Part shown: positions 9,627 through 23,857 of the stretch, in pieces
Layout: each line of letters begins with the position of its first letter
How positions within the stretch are numbered: the first letter of the stretch is position 1
From: the human T2T-CHM13v2.0 reference genome, Homo sapiens
Assembly (NCBI RefSeq): GCF_009914755.1
Contig: NC_060928.1
Length of the DNA: 64,000 bases
Reading direction: 5' to 3' (one strand)
The notes under the pieces: generated by a model
Databases searched by the model: none
Seen by the model: the letters and a program-made list of their open reading frames with translations, nothing else
Told to the model about the DNA's origin: nothing
Translations under genes and position numbers: made by a program

Positions 9627-12600
9627 TCTCAGTGGAAATACCGACCCACACGTAGGGGTGCACACACACACGCACACACACAGACACACACATAACTACA
9701 CCCAGAAGCGCGCACGCAAACACACACACACCCACACAAACACGAACACCGTCAATCCTACATAAACTAATGAGGAGCCCAAGTTTCTATCTCTACAACA
9801 GGGACAACTGGATAGTGATGGCTACATCTCAGGATGAGCCCGCATATGGGAAACATCAAGTTTTGGGGTCGTGAGTCTTCCGAACCTCTGGTGGGACTGT
9901 CTGAGTGTTTGTGTTCATGATAGGCGACATTCAGTGTGTATTTCTGAATATGACCTACCGACGTGTAGGTTTGCGTGTGAGGTAATTGCAGGGGACTCGG
10001 TTTCGTATTTTCTCTTGGGGTGTGTTTCATTCGTCAGTTGTTGGTCGGCATGAGAAGGTGAAATGTGGCTCATGTGGGACATCCGTGGATCATTCTCGCC
10101 ACCTTGAATAGTGGAAACTGGAATGCATTTGGAAGAGAAGAACGGTGCTCTTCTTTCTTCCCCGGGCTCGCCGTTTTTACACTGGTTCCTGAATGGACCT
10201 CAGGCGCCCTGGGACTTGTGCTCTTGCTGGAACCCACATAACGCCGGAAGCGGACAGACCGACTTGCCTGTTTCACGGTGCCCGCTTCCCATGAGTCGAA
10301 ACGGAAAATTTTCCCACGGGCATGTAAGTCATCTGGAAGTAAGCTGTATTGATAATAAAGGAAAGCAAACACAGGAGTGTGTGTATTCAACTGAAATAAA
10401 TTCAGAAAGCCCTGAAATCAATCTCACTGGGTGTGTTTAAAAATGGCATTTGGGGAATTTCTGGGTCATTTGTCCAGCTGCGAAAGCTGCATCTCTGAAG
10501 CACAGTCCCTGTCCCGCAGTGAGACTTATTTATCCGACGTGGTGTTTCCGTGGAAATGATTGTGGGAAATGGCCCCTTCCTTTTCTCTATTTGCTGATTA
10601 GACTTCATGGTCCCTTTCTCGTCAGGTACAGTGATCAAAGTTGACCAACCCCAGAGGAAAGCTGCCCAGGGCACAACTCAGGGCTCCGTAGAACCACAGA
10701 ATCTTGGGCGCAACCCTGCTCAAGCACCCAAATGTGCATACGAACAGGGTCTCCGTGTGACGTGTGTGAAAACTACAGTGTGATGAGCATGACTGGCAGA
10801 CAGCTTATCGATTGGGCTCCCCTCAAAATCGGTTATGAGCATTCAAGCACACCGATGCCCAGGTCCCGGCTGCAGGAATAAGACCCTCCAGGGTCTTGTG
10901 TGAAGCCTCGGCATCTGCATTGCTCATGCTTCTGGGGATCATTCTCCTGAAAATGGTGGCTCCTTTCTCCCTGTGGAGCATCTTTCTAAGCAGTGCTCTT
11001 TTCTTCCCCCAGGACACTTTACATCCGGCACAGGAAGCCTTCTGATGGAGCACACCTGGCCCATGAAAAGACAAGGGAAAGAAACGGGGCCAAAGGTCAC
11101 AGTCCTCTCATCCCATCATCCTCCTTAAAATCATCCTAATTTCATGGGCCCTGAAGCCAGGGCTGTTTCTTTACACCTAGAGGCCTTGGCGCCGGGCCTC
11201 AATTCCGCCCTGTTCCTTACCGTCTAAGACATGTTGGGAAAATCCCTAGAGCCAGGATCTTCATTCCCGCTAAGCCAGACAGCCGGAAGACACACCCAAA
11301 TTCTGTCCCTCTTACTTCAGGGAACATGTCCACTTTCGGCAGCATTACAATTTTGGCACCAAATGTGCTAACTGCAATTCCACCATACAATGCGTAACTG
11401 GAAATGGAGGCAACATCTCCGATCCTGAACGATCGATGCGAGAATCCAGGATATGCAAGGCTTATTTTGGCCTTTTCCCACTGAAACAAGGGCCAGTATT
11501 AAAAATGGCACGCTATCCTCTGTTTCACTCCCTGCTTTTAAACGTCTCCGATGTTTCTCCCTGAGACAGGGCCTCACTTCCGTCAGCCGGGCTTTTCTAC
11601 GGTATAATTTTCCTTGTTTGCTTTTGTCCAAATTAGAACTTTTTATTTCATCTCTAGGAAACGTTGATCCATTATCACATACGTATGGAAATATTATCAC
11701 ACATGCTGTGAGATACGTTGTTTTTACTTTCATCAATTCCTTAATAAACAAAAGGTTATAGCTGGGATACCTTCTGAGTTCTCAAGTTTTTTGTTTCGTG
11801 TTTTCTTAAACTGCCGTCGCACGTCCGAAACCGCTCACTATGCAGTGTCATGACCGTCTCTCTTTTCTGGCAAACATAAATTTGGGGATTGTCATCAATT
11901 AGTCTCTCGGGGATTGCATGATTTCCCCAAAGGCTTTCACAGTCTACTTTGTGCACTGAGTATCTCTTCAAACTTCAGTGCATGTTTCTACCATTTGATG
12001 CTTTCTTATTTGGCAATCTAGCTTCCACAAGAGCATTTCATGCAAAGACTTGTCTTGTTCTCCACTGGCAGGTAATTTCACTCGGACAGAGAATCAATAG
12101 GCTCAACGTGGAAAGGTTATCGCTGGAAGGTCTGTTTGATTCCACGGATCTCTCCTTTCTCACTAGGGAAGAAAATACGCTGTGCTAAATACTATACTTC
12201 ATTGACTATTCTCAGGTCAGAAAGCGCACTTTCGACTTCTTGTCCTTCCGTCGCTGAGAGGATGATGGCAGCTGCCAAAAGTACCTACTTGGAGGTTCAT
12301 CCCAGCACAAACACACACACACACACGCCCCCCCACACACACACACAAACACACTCACACACACACACTCACACGGTTTCCTAGGTAAAGATTTCTTCCC
12401 TGCCATTGCTTTACCTAAAATAAGGCAACTGTGAGGCCACTGTCCCAACCCGGTTACACTCCTATTATATGTGCCTATCATCCTGAGGAGTAATTTGATT
12501 CAGGTGTTCTGGAAGTCATGCTGTGGGCTGTGTCTGTTGAATTCCCAGCGATGCCAGGGGACACACCCTGTGACTCCTTCCTGAATTGAGTGCTGATATT

Positions 12601-12779
12601 TGATTGGCTTATCGCGCACCTGATGAGTGGGTGGGGTGTTCGCGGTTGGTGGGGGTGACTTACAGAAGGGCTGATGCGGCCAGAGAGCTCGTCATTTGAA
12701 GACTCTCTCGGAAGGGATAGCGTCTTTCTGCAACCTGCGGTCCCAGCAGACAAACCTTGTGATCCTCGTTCCAGTCGAC

Positions 12780-14372
12780 ATGGAGGACGACTCACTCTAC
12801 TTGGGAGGTGAGTGGCAGTTCAACCACTTTTCAAAACTCACATCTTCTCGGCCCGATGCAGCTTTTGCTGAAATCCAGCGGACTTCTCTCCCTGAGAAGT
12901 CACCACTCTCATGTGAGACCCGTGTCGACCTCTGTGATGATTTGGCTCCTGTGGCAAGACAGCTTGCTCCCAGGGAGAAGCTTCCTCTGAGTAGCAGGAG
13001 ACCTGCTGCGGTGGGGGCTGGGCTCCAGAATATGGGAAATACCTGCTACGTGAACGCTTCCTTGCAGTGCCTGACATACACACCGCCCCTTGCCAACTAC
13101 ATGCTGTCCCGGGAGCACTCTCAAACGTGTCATCGTCACAAGGGCTGCATGCTCTGTACTATGCAAGCTCACATCACACGGGCCCTCCACAATCCTGGCC
13201 ACGTCATCCAGCCCTCACAGGCATTGGCTGCTGGCTTCCATAGAGGCAAGCAGGAAGATGCCCATGAATTTCTCATGTTCACTGTGGATGCCATGAAAAA
13301 GGCATGCCTTCCCGGGCACAAGCAGGTAGATCATCACTCTAAGGACACCACCCTCATCCACCAAATATTTGGAGGCTACTGGAGATCTCAAATCAAGTGT
13401 CTCCACTGCCACGGCATTTCAGACACTTTTGACCCTTACCTGGACATCGCCCTGGATATCCAGGCAGCTCAGAGTGTCCAGCAAGCTTTGGAACAGTTGG
13501 TGAAGCCCGAAGAACTCAATGGAGAGAATGCCTATCATTGTGGTGTTTGTCTCCAGAGGGCGCCGGCCTCCAAGACGTTAACTTTACACACCTCTGCCAA
13601 GGTCCTCATCCTTGTATTGAAGAGATTCTCCGATGTCACAGGCAACAAGATTGCCAAGAATGTGCAATATCCTGAGTGCCTTGACATGCAGCCATACATG
13701 TCTCAGCAGAACACAGGACCTCTCGTCTATGTCCTCTATGCTGTGCTGGTCCACGCTGGGTGGAGTTGTCACAACGGACATTACTTCTCTTATGTCAAAG
13801 CTCAAGAAGGCCAGTGGTATAAAATGGATGATGCCGAGGTCACCGCCTCTAGCATCACTTCTGTCCTGAGTCAACAGGCCTACGTCCTCTTTTACATCCA
13901 GAAGAGTGAATGGGAAAGACACAGTGAGAGTGTGTCAAGAGGCAGGGAACCAAGAGCCCTTGGCGCAGAAGACACAGACAGGCGAGCAACGCAAGGAGAG
14001 CTCAAGAGAGACCACCCCTGCCTCCAGGCCCCCGAGTTGGACGAGCACTTGGTGGAAAGAGCCACTCAGGAAAGCACCTTAGACCACTGGAAATTCCTTC
14101 AAGAGCAAAACAAAACGAAGCCTGAGTTCAACGTCAGAAAAGTCGAAGGTACCCTGCCTCCCGACGTACTTGTGATTCATCAATCAAAATACAAGTGTGG
14201 GATGAAGAACCATCATCCTGAACAGCAAAGCTCCCTGCTAAACCTCTCTTCGACGACACCGACACATCAGGAGTCCATGAACACTGGCACACTCGCTTCC
14301 CTGCGAGGGAGGGCCAGGAGATCCAAAGGGAAGAACAAACACAGCAAGAGGGCTCTGCTTGTGTGCCAGTGA
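12780..14372 (+). CDS. USP17L: USP17L copy 3, 530 aa, consensus protein
   Basis: Intact ORF; protein identical to copy 2. Confidence 0.97.
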   Translation: MEDDSLYLGGEWQFNHFSKLTSSRPDAAFAEIQRTSLPEKSPLSCETRVDLCDDLAPVARQLAPREKLPLSSRRPAAVGAGLQNMGNTCYVNASLQCLTYTPPLANYMLSREHSQTCHRHKGCMLCTMQAHITRALHNPGHVIQPSQALAAGFHRGKQEDAHEFLMFTVDAMKKACLPGHKQVDHHSKDTTLIHQIFGGYWRSQIKCLHCHGISDTFDPYLDIALDIQAAQSVQQALEQLVKPEELNGENAYHCGVCLQRAPASKTLTLHTSAKVLILVLKRFSDVTGNKIAKNVQYPECLDMQPYMSQQNTGPLVYVLYAVLVHAGWSCHNGHYFSYVKAQEGQWYKMDDAEVTASSITSVLSQQAYVLFYIQKSEWERHSESVSRGREPRALGAEDTDRRATQGELKRDHPCLQAPELDEHLVERATQESTLDHWKFLQEQNKTKPEFNVRKVEGTLPPDVLVIHQSKYKCGMKNHHPEQQSSLLNLSSTTPTHQESMNTGTLASLRGRARRSKGKNKHSKRALLVCQ

Positions 14373-17300
14373 TCTCAGTGGAAATACCGACCCACACGTA
14401 GGGGTGCACACACACACGCACACACACAGACACACACATAACTACACCCAGAAGCGCGCACGCAAACACACACACACCCACACAAACACGAACACCGTCA
14501 ATCCTACATAAACTAATGAGGAGCCCAAGTTTCTATCTCTACAACAGGGACAACTGGATAGTGATGGCTACATCTCAGGATGAGCCCGCATATGGGAAAC
14601 ATCAAGTTTTGGGGTCGTGAGTCTTCCGAACCTCTGGTGGGACTGTCTGAGTGTTTGTGTTCATGATAGGCGACATTCAGTGTGTATTTCTGAATATGAC
14701 CTACCGACGTGTAGGTTTGCGTGTGAGGTAATTGCAGGGGACTCGGTTTCGTATTTTCTCTTGGGGTGTGTTTCATTCGTCAGTTGTTGGTCGGCATGAG
14801 AAGGTGAAATGTGGCTCATGTGGGACATCCGTGGATCATTCTCGCCACCTTGAATAGTGGAAACTGGAATGCATTTGGAAGAGAAGAACGGTGCTCTTCT
14901 TTCTTCCCCGGGCTCGCCGTTTTTACACTGGTTCCTGAATGGACCTCAGGCGCCCTGGGACTTGTGCTCTTGCTGGAACCCACATAACGCCGGAAGCGGA
15001 CAGACCGACTTGCCTGTTTCACGGTGCCCGCTTCCCATGAGTCGAAACGGAAAATTTTCCCACGGGCATGTAAGTCATCTGGAAGTAAGCTGTATTGATA
15101 ATAAAGGAAAGCAAACACAGGAGTGTGTGTATTCAACTGAAATAAATTCAGAAAGCCCTGAAATCAATCTCACTGGGTGTGTTTAAAAATGGCATTTGGG
15201 GAATTTCTGGGTCATTTGTCCAGCTGCGAAAGCTGCATCTCTGAAGCACAGTCCCTGTCCCGCAGTGAGACTTATTTATCCGACGTGGTGTTTCCGTGGA
15301 AATGATTGTGGGAAATGGCCCCTTCCTTTTCTCTATTTGCTGATTAGACTTCATGGTCCCTTTCTCGTCAGGTACAGTGATCAAAGTTGACCAACCCCAG
15401 AGGAAAGCTGCCCAGGGCACAACTCAGGGCTCCGTAGAACCACAGAATCTTGGGCGCAACCCTGCTCAAGCACCCAAATGTGCATACGAACAGGGTCTCC
15501 GTGTGACGTGTGTGAAAACTACAGTGTGATGAGCATGACTGGCAGACAGCTTATCGATTGGGCTCCCCTCAAAATCGGTTATGAGCATTCAAGCACACCG
15601 ATGCCCAGGTCCCGGCTGCAGGAATAAGACCCTCCAGGGTCTTGTGTGAAGCCTCGGCATCTGCATTGCTCATGCTTCTGGGGATCATTCTCCTGAAAAT
15701 GGTGGCTCCTTTCTCCCTGTGGAGCATCTTTCTAAGCAGTGCTCTTTTCTTCCCCCAGGACACTTTACATCCGGCACAGGAAGCCTTCTGATGGAGCACA
15801 CCTGGCCCATGAAAAGACAAGGGAAAGAAACGGGGCCAAAGGTCACAGTCCTCTCATCCCATCATCCTCCTTAAAATCATCCTAATTTCATGGGCCCTGA
15901 AGCCAGGGCTGTTTCTTTACACCTAGAGGCCTTGGCGCCGGGCCTCAATTCCGCCCTGTTCCTTACCGTCTAAGACATGTTGGGAAAATCCCTAGAGCCA
16001 GGATCTTCATTCCCGCTAAGCCAGACAGCCGGAAGACACACCCAAATTCTGTCCCTCTTACTTCAGGGAACATGTCCACTTTCGGCAGCATTACAATTTT
16101 GGCACCAAATGTGCTAACTGCAATTCCACCATACAATGCGTAACTGGAAATGGAGGCAACATCTCCGATCCTGAACGATCGATGCGAGAATCCAGGATAT
16201 GCACGGCTTATTTTGGCCTTTTCCCACTGAAACAAGGGCCAGTATTAAAAATGGCACGCTATCCTCTGTTTCACTCCCTGCTTTTAAACGTCTCCGATGT
16301 TTCTCCCTGAGACAGGGCCTCACTTCCGTCAGCCGGGCTTTTCTACGGTATAATTTTCCTTGTTTGCTTTTGTCCAAATTAGAACTTTTTATTTCATCTC
16401 TAGGAAACGTTGATCCATTATCACATACGTATGGAAATATTATCACACATGCTGTGAGATACGTTGTTTTTACTTTCATCAATTCCTTAATAAACAAAAG
16501 GTTATAGCTGGGATACCTTCTGAGTTCTCAAGTTTTTTGTTTCGTGTTTTCTTAAACTGCCGTCGCACGTCCGAAACCGCTCACTATGCAGTGTCATGAC
16601 CGTCTCTCTTTTCTGGCAAACATAAATTTGGGGATTGTCATCAATTAGTCTCTCGGGGATTGCATGATTTCCCCAAAGGCTTTCACAGTCTACTTTGTGC
16701 ACTGAGTATCTCTTCAAACTTCAGTGCATGTTTCTACCATTTGATGCTTTCTTATTTGGCAATCTAGCTTCCACAAGAGCATTTCATGCAAAGACTTGTC
16801 TTGTTCTCCACTGGCAGGTAATTTCACTCGGACAGAGAATCAATAGGCTCAACGTGGAAAGGTTATCGCTGGAAGGTCTGTTTGATTCCACGGATCTCTC
16901 CTTTCTCACTAGGGAAGAAAATACGCTGTGCTAAATACTATACTTCATTGACTATTCTCAGGTCAGAAAGCGCACTTTCGACTTCTTGTCCTTCCGTCGC
17001 TGAGAGGATGATGGCAGCTGCCAAAAGTACCTACTTGGAGGTTCATCCCAGCACAAACACACACACACACACGCCCCCCCCCACACACACAAACACACTC
17101 ACACACACACACGCACACGGTTTCCTAGGTAAAGATTTCTTCCCTGCCATTGCTTTACCTAAAATAAGGCAACTGTGAGGCCACTGTCCCAACCCGGTTA
17201 CACTCCTATTATATGTGCCTATCATCCTGAGGAGTAATTTGATTTAGGTGTTCTGGAAGTCATGCTGTGGGCTGTGTCTGTTGAATTCCCAGCGATGCCA

Positions 17301-17523
17301 GGGGACACACCCTGTGACTCCTTCCTGAATTGAGTGCTGATATTTGATTGGCTTATCGCGCACCTGATGAGTGGGTGGGGTGTTCGCGGTTGGTGGGGGT
17401 GACTTACAGAAGGGCTGATGCGGCCAGAGAGCTCGTCATTTGAAGACTCTCTCGGAAGGGATAGCGTCTTTCTGCAACCTGCGGTCCCAGCAGACAAACC
17501 TTGTGATCCTCGTTCCAGTCGAC

Positions 17524-19116
17524 ATGGAGGACGACTCACTCTACTTGGGAGGTGAGTGGCAGTTCAACCACTTTTCAAAACTCACATCTTCTCGGCCCGA
17601 TGCAGCTTTTGCTGAAATCCAGCGGACTTCTCTCCCTGAGAAGTCACCACTCTCATGTGAGACCCGTGTCGACCTCTGTGATGATTTGGCTCCTGTGGCA
17701 AGACAGCTTGCTCCCAGGGAGAAGCTTCTTCTGAGTAGCAGGAGACCTGCTGCGGTGGGGGCTGGGCTCCAGAATATGGGAAATACCTGCTACGTGAACG
17801 CTTCCTTGCAGTGCCTGACATACACACCGCCCCTTGCCAACTACATGCTGTCCCGGGAGCACTCTCAAACGTGTCATCGTCACAAGGGCTGCATGCTCTG
17901 TACTATGCAAGCTCACATCACACGGGCCCTCCACAATCCTGGCCACGTCATCCAGCCCTCACAGGCATTGGCTGCTGGCTTCCATAGAGGCAAGCAGGAA
18001 GATGCTCATGAATTTCTCATGTTCACTGTGGATGCCATGAAAAAGGCATGCCTTCCCGGGCACAAGCAGGTAGATCATCACTCTAAGGACACCACCCTCA
18101 TCCACCAAATATTTGGAGGCTACTGGAGATCTCAAATCAAGTGTCTCCACTGCCACGGCATTTCAGACACTTTTGACCCTTACCTGGACATCGCCCTGGA
18201 TATCCAGGCAGCTCAGAGTGTCCAGCAAGCTTTGGAACAGTTGGTGAAGCCCGAAGAACTCAATGGAGAGAATGCCTATCATTGTGGTGTTTGTCTCCAG
18301 AGGGCGCCGGCCTCCAAGACGTTAACTTTACACACCTCTGCCAAGGTCCTCATCCTTGTATTGAAGAGATTCTCCGATGTCACAGGCAACAAGATTGCCA
18401 AGAATGTGCAATATCCTGAGTGCCTTGACATGCAGCCATACATGTCTCAGCAGAACACAGGACCTCTCGTCTATGTCCTCTATGCTGTGCTGGTCCACGC
18501 TGGGTGGAGTTGTCACAACGGACATTACTTCTCTTATGTCAAAGCTCAAGAAGGCCAGTGGTATAAAATGGATGATGCCGAGGTCACCGCCTCTAGCATC
18601 ACTTCTGTCCTGAGTCAACAGGCCTACGTCCTCTTTTACATCCAGAAGAGTGAATGGGAAAGACACAGTGAGAGTGTGTCAAGAGGCAGGGAACCAAGAG
18701 CCCTTGGCGCAGAAGACACAGACAGGCGAGCAACGCAAGGAGAGCTCAAGAGAGACCACCCCTGCCTCCAGGCCCCCGAGTTGGACGAGCACTTGGTGGA
18801 AAGAGCCACTCAGGAAAGCACCTTAGACCACTGGAAATTCCTTCAAGAGCAAAACAAAACGAAGCCTGAGTTCAACGTCAAAAAAGTCGAAGGTACCCTG
18901 CCTCCCGACGTACTTGTGATTCATCAATCAAAATACAAGTGTGGGATGAAGAACCATCATCCTGAACAGCAAAGCTCCCTGCTAAACCTCTCTTCGACGA
19001 CACCGACACATCAGGAGTCCATGAACACTGGCACACTCGCTTCCCTGCGAGGGAGGGCCAGGAGATCCAAAGGGAAGAACAAACACAGCAAGAGGGCTCT
19101 GCTTGTGTGCCAGTGA
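17524..19116 (+). CDS. USP17L: USP17L copy 4, 530 aa; P69L, K453
   Basis: Intact ORF with catalytic triad. Confidence 0.97.
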   Translation: MEDDSLYLGGEWQFNHFSKLTSSRPDAAFAEIQRTSLPEKSPLSCETRVDLCDDLAPVARQLAPREKLLLSSRRPAAVGAGLQNMGNTCYVNASLQCLTYTPPLANYMLSREHSQTCHRHKGCMLCTMQAHITRALHNPGHVIQPSQALAAGFHRGKQEDAHEFLMFTVDAMKKACLPGHKQVDHHSKDTTLIHQIFGGYWRSQIKCLHCHGISDTFDPYLDIALDIQAAQSVQQALEQLVKPEELNGENAYHCGVCLQRAPASKTLTLHTSAKVLILVLKRFSDVTGNKIAKNVQYPECLDMQPYMSQQNTGPLVYVLYAVLVHAGWSCHNGHYFSYVKAQEGQWYKMDDAEVTASSITSVLSQQAYVLFYIQKSEWERHSESVSRGREPRALGAEDTDRRATQGELKRDHPCLQAPELDEHLVERATQESTLDHWKFLQEQNKTKPEFNVKKVEGTLPPDVLVIHQSKYKCGMKNHHPEQQSSLLNLSSTTPTHQESMNTGTLASLRGRARRSKGKNKHSKRALLVCQ

Positions 19117-22100
19117 TCTCAGTGGAAGTACCGACCCACACGTAGGGGTGCACACACACACGCACACACACAGACACACACATAACTACACCCAGAAGCG
19201 CGCACGCAAACACACACACACCCACACAAACACGAACACCGTCAATCCTACATAAACTAATGAGGAGCCCAAGTTTCTATCTCTACAACAGGGACAACTG
19301 GATAGTGATGGCTACATCTCAGGATGAGCCCGCATATGGGAAACATCAAGTTTTGGGGTCGTGAGTCTTCCGAACCTCTGGTGGGACTGTCTGAGTGTTT
19401 GTGTTCATGATAGGCGACATTCAGTGTGTATTTCTGAATATGACCTACCGACGTGTAGGTTTGCGTGTGAGGTAATTGCAGGGGACTCGGTTTCGTATTT
19501 TCTCTTGGGGTGTGTTTCATTCGTCAGTTGTTGGTCGGCATGAGAAGGTGAAATGTGGCTCATGTGGGACATCCGTGGATCATTCTCGCCACCTTGAATA
19601 GTGGAAACTGGAATGCATTTGGAAGAGAAGAACGGTGCTCTTCTTTCTTCCCCGGGCTCGCCGTTTTTACACTGGTTCCTGAATGGACCTCAGGCGCCCT
19701 GGGACTTGTGCTCTTGCTGGAACCCACATAACGCCGGAAGCGGACAGACCGACTTGCCTGTTTCACGGTGCCCGCTTCCCATGAGTCGAAACGGAAAATT
19801 TTCCCACGGGCATGTAAGTCATCTGGAAGTAAGCTGTATTGATAATAAAGGAAAGCAAACACAGGAGTGTGTGTATTCAACTGAAATAAATTCAGAAAGC
19901 CCTGAAATCAATCTCACTGGGTGTGTTTAAAAATGGCATTTGGGGAATTTCTGGGTCATTTGTCCAGCTGCGAAAGCTGCATCTCTGAAGCACAGTCCCT
20001 GTCCCGCAGTGAGACTTATTTATCCGACGTGGTGTTTCCGTGGAAATGATTGTGGGAAATGGCCCCTTCCTTTGCTCTATTTGCTGATTAGACTTCATGG
20101 TCCCTTTCTCGTCAGGTACAGTGATCAAAGTTGACCAACCCCAGAGGAAAGCTGCCCAGGGCACAACTCAGGGCTCCGTAGAACCACAGAATCTTGGGCG
20201 CAACCCTGCTCAAGCACCCAAATGTGCATACGAACAGGGTCTCCGTGTGACGTGTGTGAAAACTACAGTGTGATGAGCATGACTGGCAGACAGCTTATCG
20301 ATTGGGCTCCCCTCAAAATCGGTTATGAGCATTCAAGCACACCGATGCCCAGGTCCCGGCTGCAGGAATAAGACCCTCCAGGGTCTTGTGTGAAGCCTCG
20401 GCATCTGCATTGCTCATGCTTCTGGGGATCATTCTCCTGAAAATGGTGGCTCCTTTCTCCCTGTGGAGCATCTTTCTAAGCAGTGCTCTTTTCTTCCCCC
20501 AGGACACTTTACATCCGGCACAGGAAGCCTTCTGATGGAGCACACCTGGCCCATGAAAAGACAAGGGAAAGAAACGGGGCCAAAGGTCACAGTCCTCTCA
20601 TCCCATCATCCTCCTTAAAATCATCCTAATTTCATGGGCCCTGAAGCCAGGGCTGTTTCTTTACACCTAGAGGCCTTGGCGCCGGGCCTCAATTCCGCCC
20701 TGTTCCTTACCGTCTAAGACATGTTGGGAAAATCCCTAGAGCCAGGATCTTCATTCCCGCTAAGCCAGACAGCCGGAAGACACACCCAAATTCTGTCCCT
20801 CTTACTTCAGGGAACATGTCCACTTTCGGCAGCATTACAATTTTGGCACCAAATGTGCTAACTGCAATTCCACCATACAATGCGTAACTGGAAATGGAGG
20901 CAACATCTCCGATCCTGAACGATCGATGCGAGAATCCAGGATATGCACGGCTTATTTTGGCCTTTTCCCACTGAAACAAGGGCCAGTATTAAAAATGGCA
21001 CGCTATCCTCTGTTTCACTCCCTGCTTTTAAACGTCTCCGATGTTTCTCCCTGAGACAGGGCCTCACTTCCGTCAGCCGGGCTTTTCTACGGTATAATTT
21101 TCCTTGTTTGCTTTTGTCCAAATTAGAACTTTTTATTTCATCTCTAGGAAACGTTGATCCATTATCACATACGTATGGAAATATTATCACACGTGCTGTG
21201 AGATACGTTGTTTTTACTTTCATCAATTCCTTAATAAACAAAAGGTTATAGCTGGGATACCTTCTGAGTTCTCAAGTTTTTTGTTTCGTGTTTTCTTAAA
21301 CTGCCGTCGCACGTCCGAAACCGCTCACTATGCAGTGTCATGACCGTCTCTCTTTTCTGGCAAACATAAATTTGGGGATTGTCATCAATTAGTCTCTCGG
21401 GGATTGCATGATTTCCCCAAAGGCTTTCACAGTCTACTTTGTGCACTGAGTATCTCTTCAAACTTCAGTGCATGTTTCTACCATTTGATGCTTTCTTATT
21501 TGGCAATCTAGCTTCCACAAGAGCATTTCATGCAAAGACTTGTCTTGTTCTCCACTGGCAGGTAATTTCACTCGGACAGAGAATCAATAGGCTCAACGTG
21601 GAAAGGTTATCGCTGGAAGGTCTGTTTGATTCCACGGATCTCTCCTTTCTCACTAGGGAAGAAAATACGCTGTGCTAAATACTATACTTCATTGACTATT
21701 CTCAGGTCAGAAAGCGCACTTTCGACTTCTTGTCCTTCCGTCGCTGAGAGGATGATGGCAGCTGCCAAAAGTACCTACTTGGAGGTTCATCCCAGCACAA
21801 ACACACACACACACACGCCCCCCCACACACACACAAACACACTCACACACACACACGCACACGGTTTCCTAGGTAAAGATTTCTTCCCTGCCATTGCTTT
21901 ACCTAAAATAAGGCAACTGTGAGGCCACTGTCCCAACCCGGTTACACTCCTATTATATGTGCCTATCATCCTGAGGAGTAATTTGATTTAGGTGTTCTGG
22001 AAGTCATGCTGTGGGCTGTGTCTGTTGAATTCCCAGCGATGCCAGGGGACACACCCTGTGACTCCTTCCTGAATTGAGTGCTGATATTTGATTGGCTTAT

Positions 22101-22267
22101 CGCGCACCTGATGAGTGGGTGGGGTGTTCGCGGTTGGTGGGGGTGACTTACAGAAGGGCTGATGCGGCCAGAGAGCTCGTCATTTGAAGACTCTCTCGGA
22201 AGGGATAGCGTCTTTCTGCAACCTGCGGTCCCAGCAGACAAACCTTGTGATCCTCGTTCCAGTCGAC

Positions 22268-23857
22268 ATGGAGGACGACTCACTCTACTTGGGAGGTGAG
22301 TGGCAGTTCAACCACTTTTCAAAACTCACATCTTCTCGGCCCGATGCAGCTTTTGCTGAAATCCAGCGGACTTCTCTCCCTGAGAAGTCACCACTCTCAT
22401 GTGAGACCCGTGTCGACCTCTGTGATGATTTGGCTCCTGTGGCAAGACAGCTTGCTCCCAGGGAGAAGCTTCCTCTGAGTAGCAGGAGACCTGCTGCGGT
22501 GGGGGCTGGGCTCCAGAATATGGGAAATACCTGCTACGTGAACGCTTCCTTGCAGTGCCTGACATACACACCGCCCCTTGCCAACTACATGCTGTCCCGG
22601 GAGCACTCTCAAACGTGTCATCGTCACAAGGGCTGCATGCTCTGTACGATGCAAGCTCACATCACACGGGCCCTCCACAATCCTGGCCACGTCATCCAGC
22701 CCTCACAGGCATTGGCTGCTGGCTTCCATAGAGGCAAGCAGGAAGATGCCCATGAATTTCTCATGTTCACTGTGGATGCCATGAAAAAGGCATGCCTTCC
22801 CGGGCACAAGCAGGTGGATCATCACTCTAAGGACACCACCCTCATCCACCAAATATTTGGAGGCTACTGGAGATCTCAAATCAAGTGTCTCCACTGCCAC
22901 GGCATTTCAGACACTTTTGACCCTTACCTGGACATCGCCCTGGATATCCAGGCAGCTCAGAGTGTCCAGCAAGCTTTGGAACAGTTGGTGAAGCCCGAAG
23001 AACTCAATGGAGAGAATGCCTATCATTGTGTTTGTCTCCAGAGGGCGCCGGCCTCCAAGACGTTAACTTTACACACCTCTGCCAAGGTCCTCATCCTTGT
23101 ATTGAAGAGATTCTCCGATGTCACAGGCAACAAGATTGCCAAGAATGTGCAATATCCTGAGTGCCTTGACATGCAGCCATACATGTCTCAGCAGAACACA
23201 GGACCTCTCGTCTATGTCCTCTATGCTGTGCTGGTCCACGCTGGGTGGAGTTGTCACAACGGACATTACTTCTCTTATGTCAAAGCTCAAGAAGGCCAGT
23301 GGTATAAAATGGATGATGCCGAGGTCACCGCCTCTAGCATCACTTCTGTCCTGAGTCAACAGGCCTACGTCCTCTTTTACATCCAGAAGAGTGAATGGGA
23401 AAGACACAGTGAGAGTGTGTCAAGAGGCAGGGAACCAAGAGCCCTTGGCGCAGAAGACACAGACAGGCGAGCAACGCAAGGAGAGCTCAAGAGAGACGAC
23501 CCCTGCCTCCAGGCCCCCGAGTTGGACGAGCACTTGGTGGAAAGAGCCACTCAGGAAAGCACCTTAGACCACTGGAAATTCCTTCAAGAGCAAAACAAAA
23601 CGAAGCCTGAGTTCAACGTCAGAAAAGTCGAAGGTACCCTGCCTCCCGACGTACTTGTGATTCATCAATCAAAATACAAGTGTGGGATGAAGAACCATCA
23701 TCCTGAACAGCAAAGCTCCCTGCTAAACCTCTCTTCGACGACCCCGACACATCAGGAGTCCATGAACACTGGCACACTCGCTTCCCTGCGAGGGAGGGCC
23801 AGGAGATCCAAAGGGAAGAACAAACACAGCAAGAGGGCTCTGCTTGTGTGCCAGTGA
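22268..23857 (+). CDS. USP17L: USP17L copy 5, 529 aa; in-frame deletion of G255 and H412D
   Basis: ORF is open and the triad is intact. Reads YHCVC instead of YHCGVC (tgtggtgtt>tgtgtt near 23027-23032) and RDDP instead of RDHP. Confidence 0.93.
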   Translation: MEDDSLYLGGEWQFNHFSKLTSSRPDAAFAEIQRTSLPEKSPLSCETRVDLCDDLAPVARQLAPREKLPLSSRRPAAVGAGLQNMGNTCYVNASLQCLTYTPPLANYMLSREHSQTCHRHKGCMLCTMQAHITRALHNPGHVIQPSQALAAGFHRGKQEDAHEFLMFTVDAMKKACLPGHKQVDHHSKDTTLIHQIFGGYWRSQIKCLHCHGISDTFDPYLDIALDIQAAQSVQQALEQLVKPEELNGENAYHCVCLQRAPASKTLTLHTSAKVLILVLKRFSDVTGNKIAKNVQYPECLDMQPYMSQQNTGPLVYVLYAVLVHAGWSCHNGHYFSYVKAQEGQWYKMDDAEVTASSITSVLSQQAYVLFYIQKSEWERHSESVSRGREPRALGAEDTDRRATQGELKRDDPCLQAPELDEHLVERATQESTLDHWKFLQEQNKTKPEFNVRKVEGTLPPDVLVIHQSKYKCGMKNHHPEQQSSLLNLSSTTPTHQESMNTGTLASLRGRARRSKGKNKHSKRALLVCQ

